From the sequence record NC_019405.1: DNA of 64,000 nucleotides; one strand, given 5' to 3'. Under the pieces are notes generated by a model. It saw only the letters and a list, made by a program, of their open reading frames with translations, did no database searches and was not told the origin of the DNA. Both the position numbers and the translations under genes were made by a program. Within the stretch, counting starts at the first letter, position 1. Each line of letters starts with the position of its first letter. Of the stretch, positions 62,695 through 64,000 are shown in pieces.

Positions 62695-63298
62695 CTCGGA
62701 GATAGAGGGGATGGCGCGGGTGGCCGTCCTTGGACTTCCCGAGGCACTTGACCTCGACCCCGGTGATTTCCGCCTGTTGGACCGCGCCATAATCCTGATC
62801 CTTGAACTCCCCATGCACGCCCCAGGCGGCGATCACGTCGGCGCCGGCGGTCATGGCATATTCGAACACGTGCTGGAGGACGCGGGCGTTCATCGGCCCG
62901 ATCGGGTCCTCGGCCGCCTTCATCGCCGCCGGCGAGGGCGAGCGGAAGGCGAAGAGATTGGCGACGATGATCCCGCCATAGTCATCCCGGCGAGCAAAGC
63001 CCATGCAGCGCCGGATCGTCGGATCGTCCAGCCGCGCCGTCGCGGTCGACGGGTTCAGCATCAGGAAGATCAGCAGCGGCTTGCCAGGGTCCCAGACCCG
63101 CATGAGGAGATAGCGGAAGGTCTCGCACCGCGACAGCAGGGCGGCCTTGATCACGCCATCCTCCACCACCGCGTCGCCGTAGACATCGGTCAGGTCGGGA
63201 TCGAACACGGCCTCCAGCGAGGTTCCGTCCAGGACCTGGAGCAGGCCCTTCCAGGTGGCTTCCACCGCCTCGCCGGTGATCTGGGGTGCTGTCGTCAT
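62660..63298 (-). CDS. DUF1643 family protein
   Basis: FLMLNPSTA...DDPTIRRC..FA...ANLFA.RS, VIAAWG and GHPRHPLY motifs. Confidence 0.85.
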   Translation of the reverse strand: MTTAPQITGEAVEATWKGLLQVLDGTSLEAVFDPDLTDVYGDAVVEDGVIKAALLSRCETFRYLLMRVWDPGKPLLIFLMLNPSTATARLDDPTIRRCMGFARRDDYGGIIVANLFAFRSPSPAAMKAAEDPIGPMNARVLQHVFEYAMTAGADVIAAWGVHGEFKDQDYGAVQQAEITGVEVKCLGKSKDGHPRHPLYLRGDQPVVRLRSA

Positions 63299-63345
63299 TC
63301 CTGACATTTGCCCTGAAACGCCGGGGCCTGTCAACGCTTGAAATC

Positions 63346-63376
63346 AAAAGGGCCGCCCCAGCGGGACGGCCCTTTC
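63346..63376. terminator. Intrinsic terminator-like hairpin
   Basis: AAAAGGGCCGCCCC...GGGACGGCCCTTT. Confidence 0.6.
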
Positions 63377-63596
63377 TCGATCTTGTCGAACTTCGCCGAT
63401 CCGAAACCGGGGCTTCCCGGCGACCGCCTCGGAGTTCGACCTTGTAGCGCCTCTAACGCTTGCCCCGCGTCGCGGCTTGGGAGCACCGAGCCTTGACGCT
63501 GATCTAGTGGGCGGCAGGTGATCGCGGCGGTCATTGCCTCCTTCAAGGGCGAGGCCCTCTCATGCCCGCGCAGCTTAGGCGGCGGCGCGGATCACG

Positions 63597-63980
63597 TCAA
63601 TCCCCCGGATAGCTGGCGCAGACCTCGCGCAGGATAGAGCGCAGCGGCTCGCCCGGCACCGCCAGGGGCTTGAGCTTGCGGCTCTCGTCCCAGGCCATGG
63701 CGTTGGCGTGCAGAAGCCAGAGCACGAAGGCACGCAGGTCCTTGACCCCGTCGGGCAGCGGGATGCCGCGCGCGGTGGGGACGTGGAAGACCCGCCCATC
63801 ATCCGTGTACGCGAGAACCTCGTCGAGCACCGTGGCCCGCTTCTTAGCTTCGGCGAGGACAGCGACACCCTTCTGGAACTCACTGACCTGGATGAGCGCC
63901 CGGCGCTCCTTAGGGAAGTGGGTCTTGGTCCACCAGGAGGGCTTGCTGTTTGAGGACACGGTTACGCTCCAGGAGGGCAC
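63597..63980 (-). CDS. Hypothetical protein (~120 aa)
   Basis: Open frame with phage codon usage; start uncertain. Confidence 0.5.
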   Translation of the reverse strand: MPSWSVTVSSNSKPSWWTKTHFPKERRALIQVSEFQKGVAVLAEAKKRATVLDEVLAYTDDGRVFHVPTARGIPLPDGVKDLRAFVLWLLHANAMAWDESRKLKPLAVPGEPLRSILREVCASYPGD

Positions 63981-64000
63981 GCAGCGAGGGGATGTCGCCG

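Noticed and set aside
63331-63546. 71-aa - strand ORF
   Set aside because: It runs through a terminator-like hairpin and has an atypical composition; not supportable.

Overview
This window is a GC-rich segment of a large tailed dsDNA phage. Gene content and order match what I recall of Caulobacter phiCbK-like siphophages; that assignment is an inference, as no database search was possible. From left to right: (1) a + strand tail module (3' part of the tape measure gene, GTA-like DUF2460/DUF2163/NlpC-P60/large tail protein, tail fibres) and a lysis cassette (1-18480); (2) a - strand replication and nucleotide-metabolism arm (XRE regulator, dUTPase, NrdB-glutaredoxin fusion, intein-split NrdA, ThyX, dNMP kinase, RecD-like helicase, SSB-like protein, Cas4-like nuclease, DEDDh exonuclease, family A polymerase, two DNA methyltransferases, metallophosphoesterase; 18860-39222); (3) a ~3.1-kb island without credible protein genes but packed with RNA genes (39270-42417); (4) SNF2 helicase, HhH glycosylase, rIIB/rIIA, tyrosine recombinase, primase-helicase, HTH proteins, YqeY, ATP-dependent DNA ligase, SLOG and DUF1643 genes (42417-64000). 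The RNA island is the most interesting part. It holds a circularly permuted two-piece tmRNA, a divergent ~880-nt GNRA-rich GOLLD-like RNA with an embedded degenerate tRNA, a permuted tRNA mimic resembling YrlA Y RNAs, three tRNAs (two with unexpected long variable arms) and further promoter/terminator-bounded candidate ncRNAs. A 15-bp pseudo-palindrome, GTCRTGAATCTTGAC, fused to -35 boxes recurs about ten times across the window. Start codons and RNA boundaries were read by eye and are approximate.
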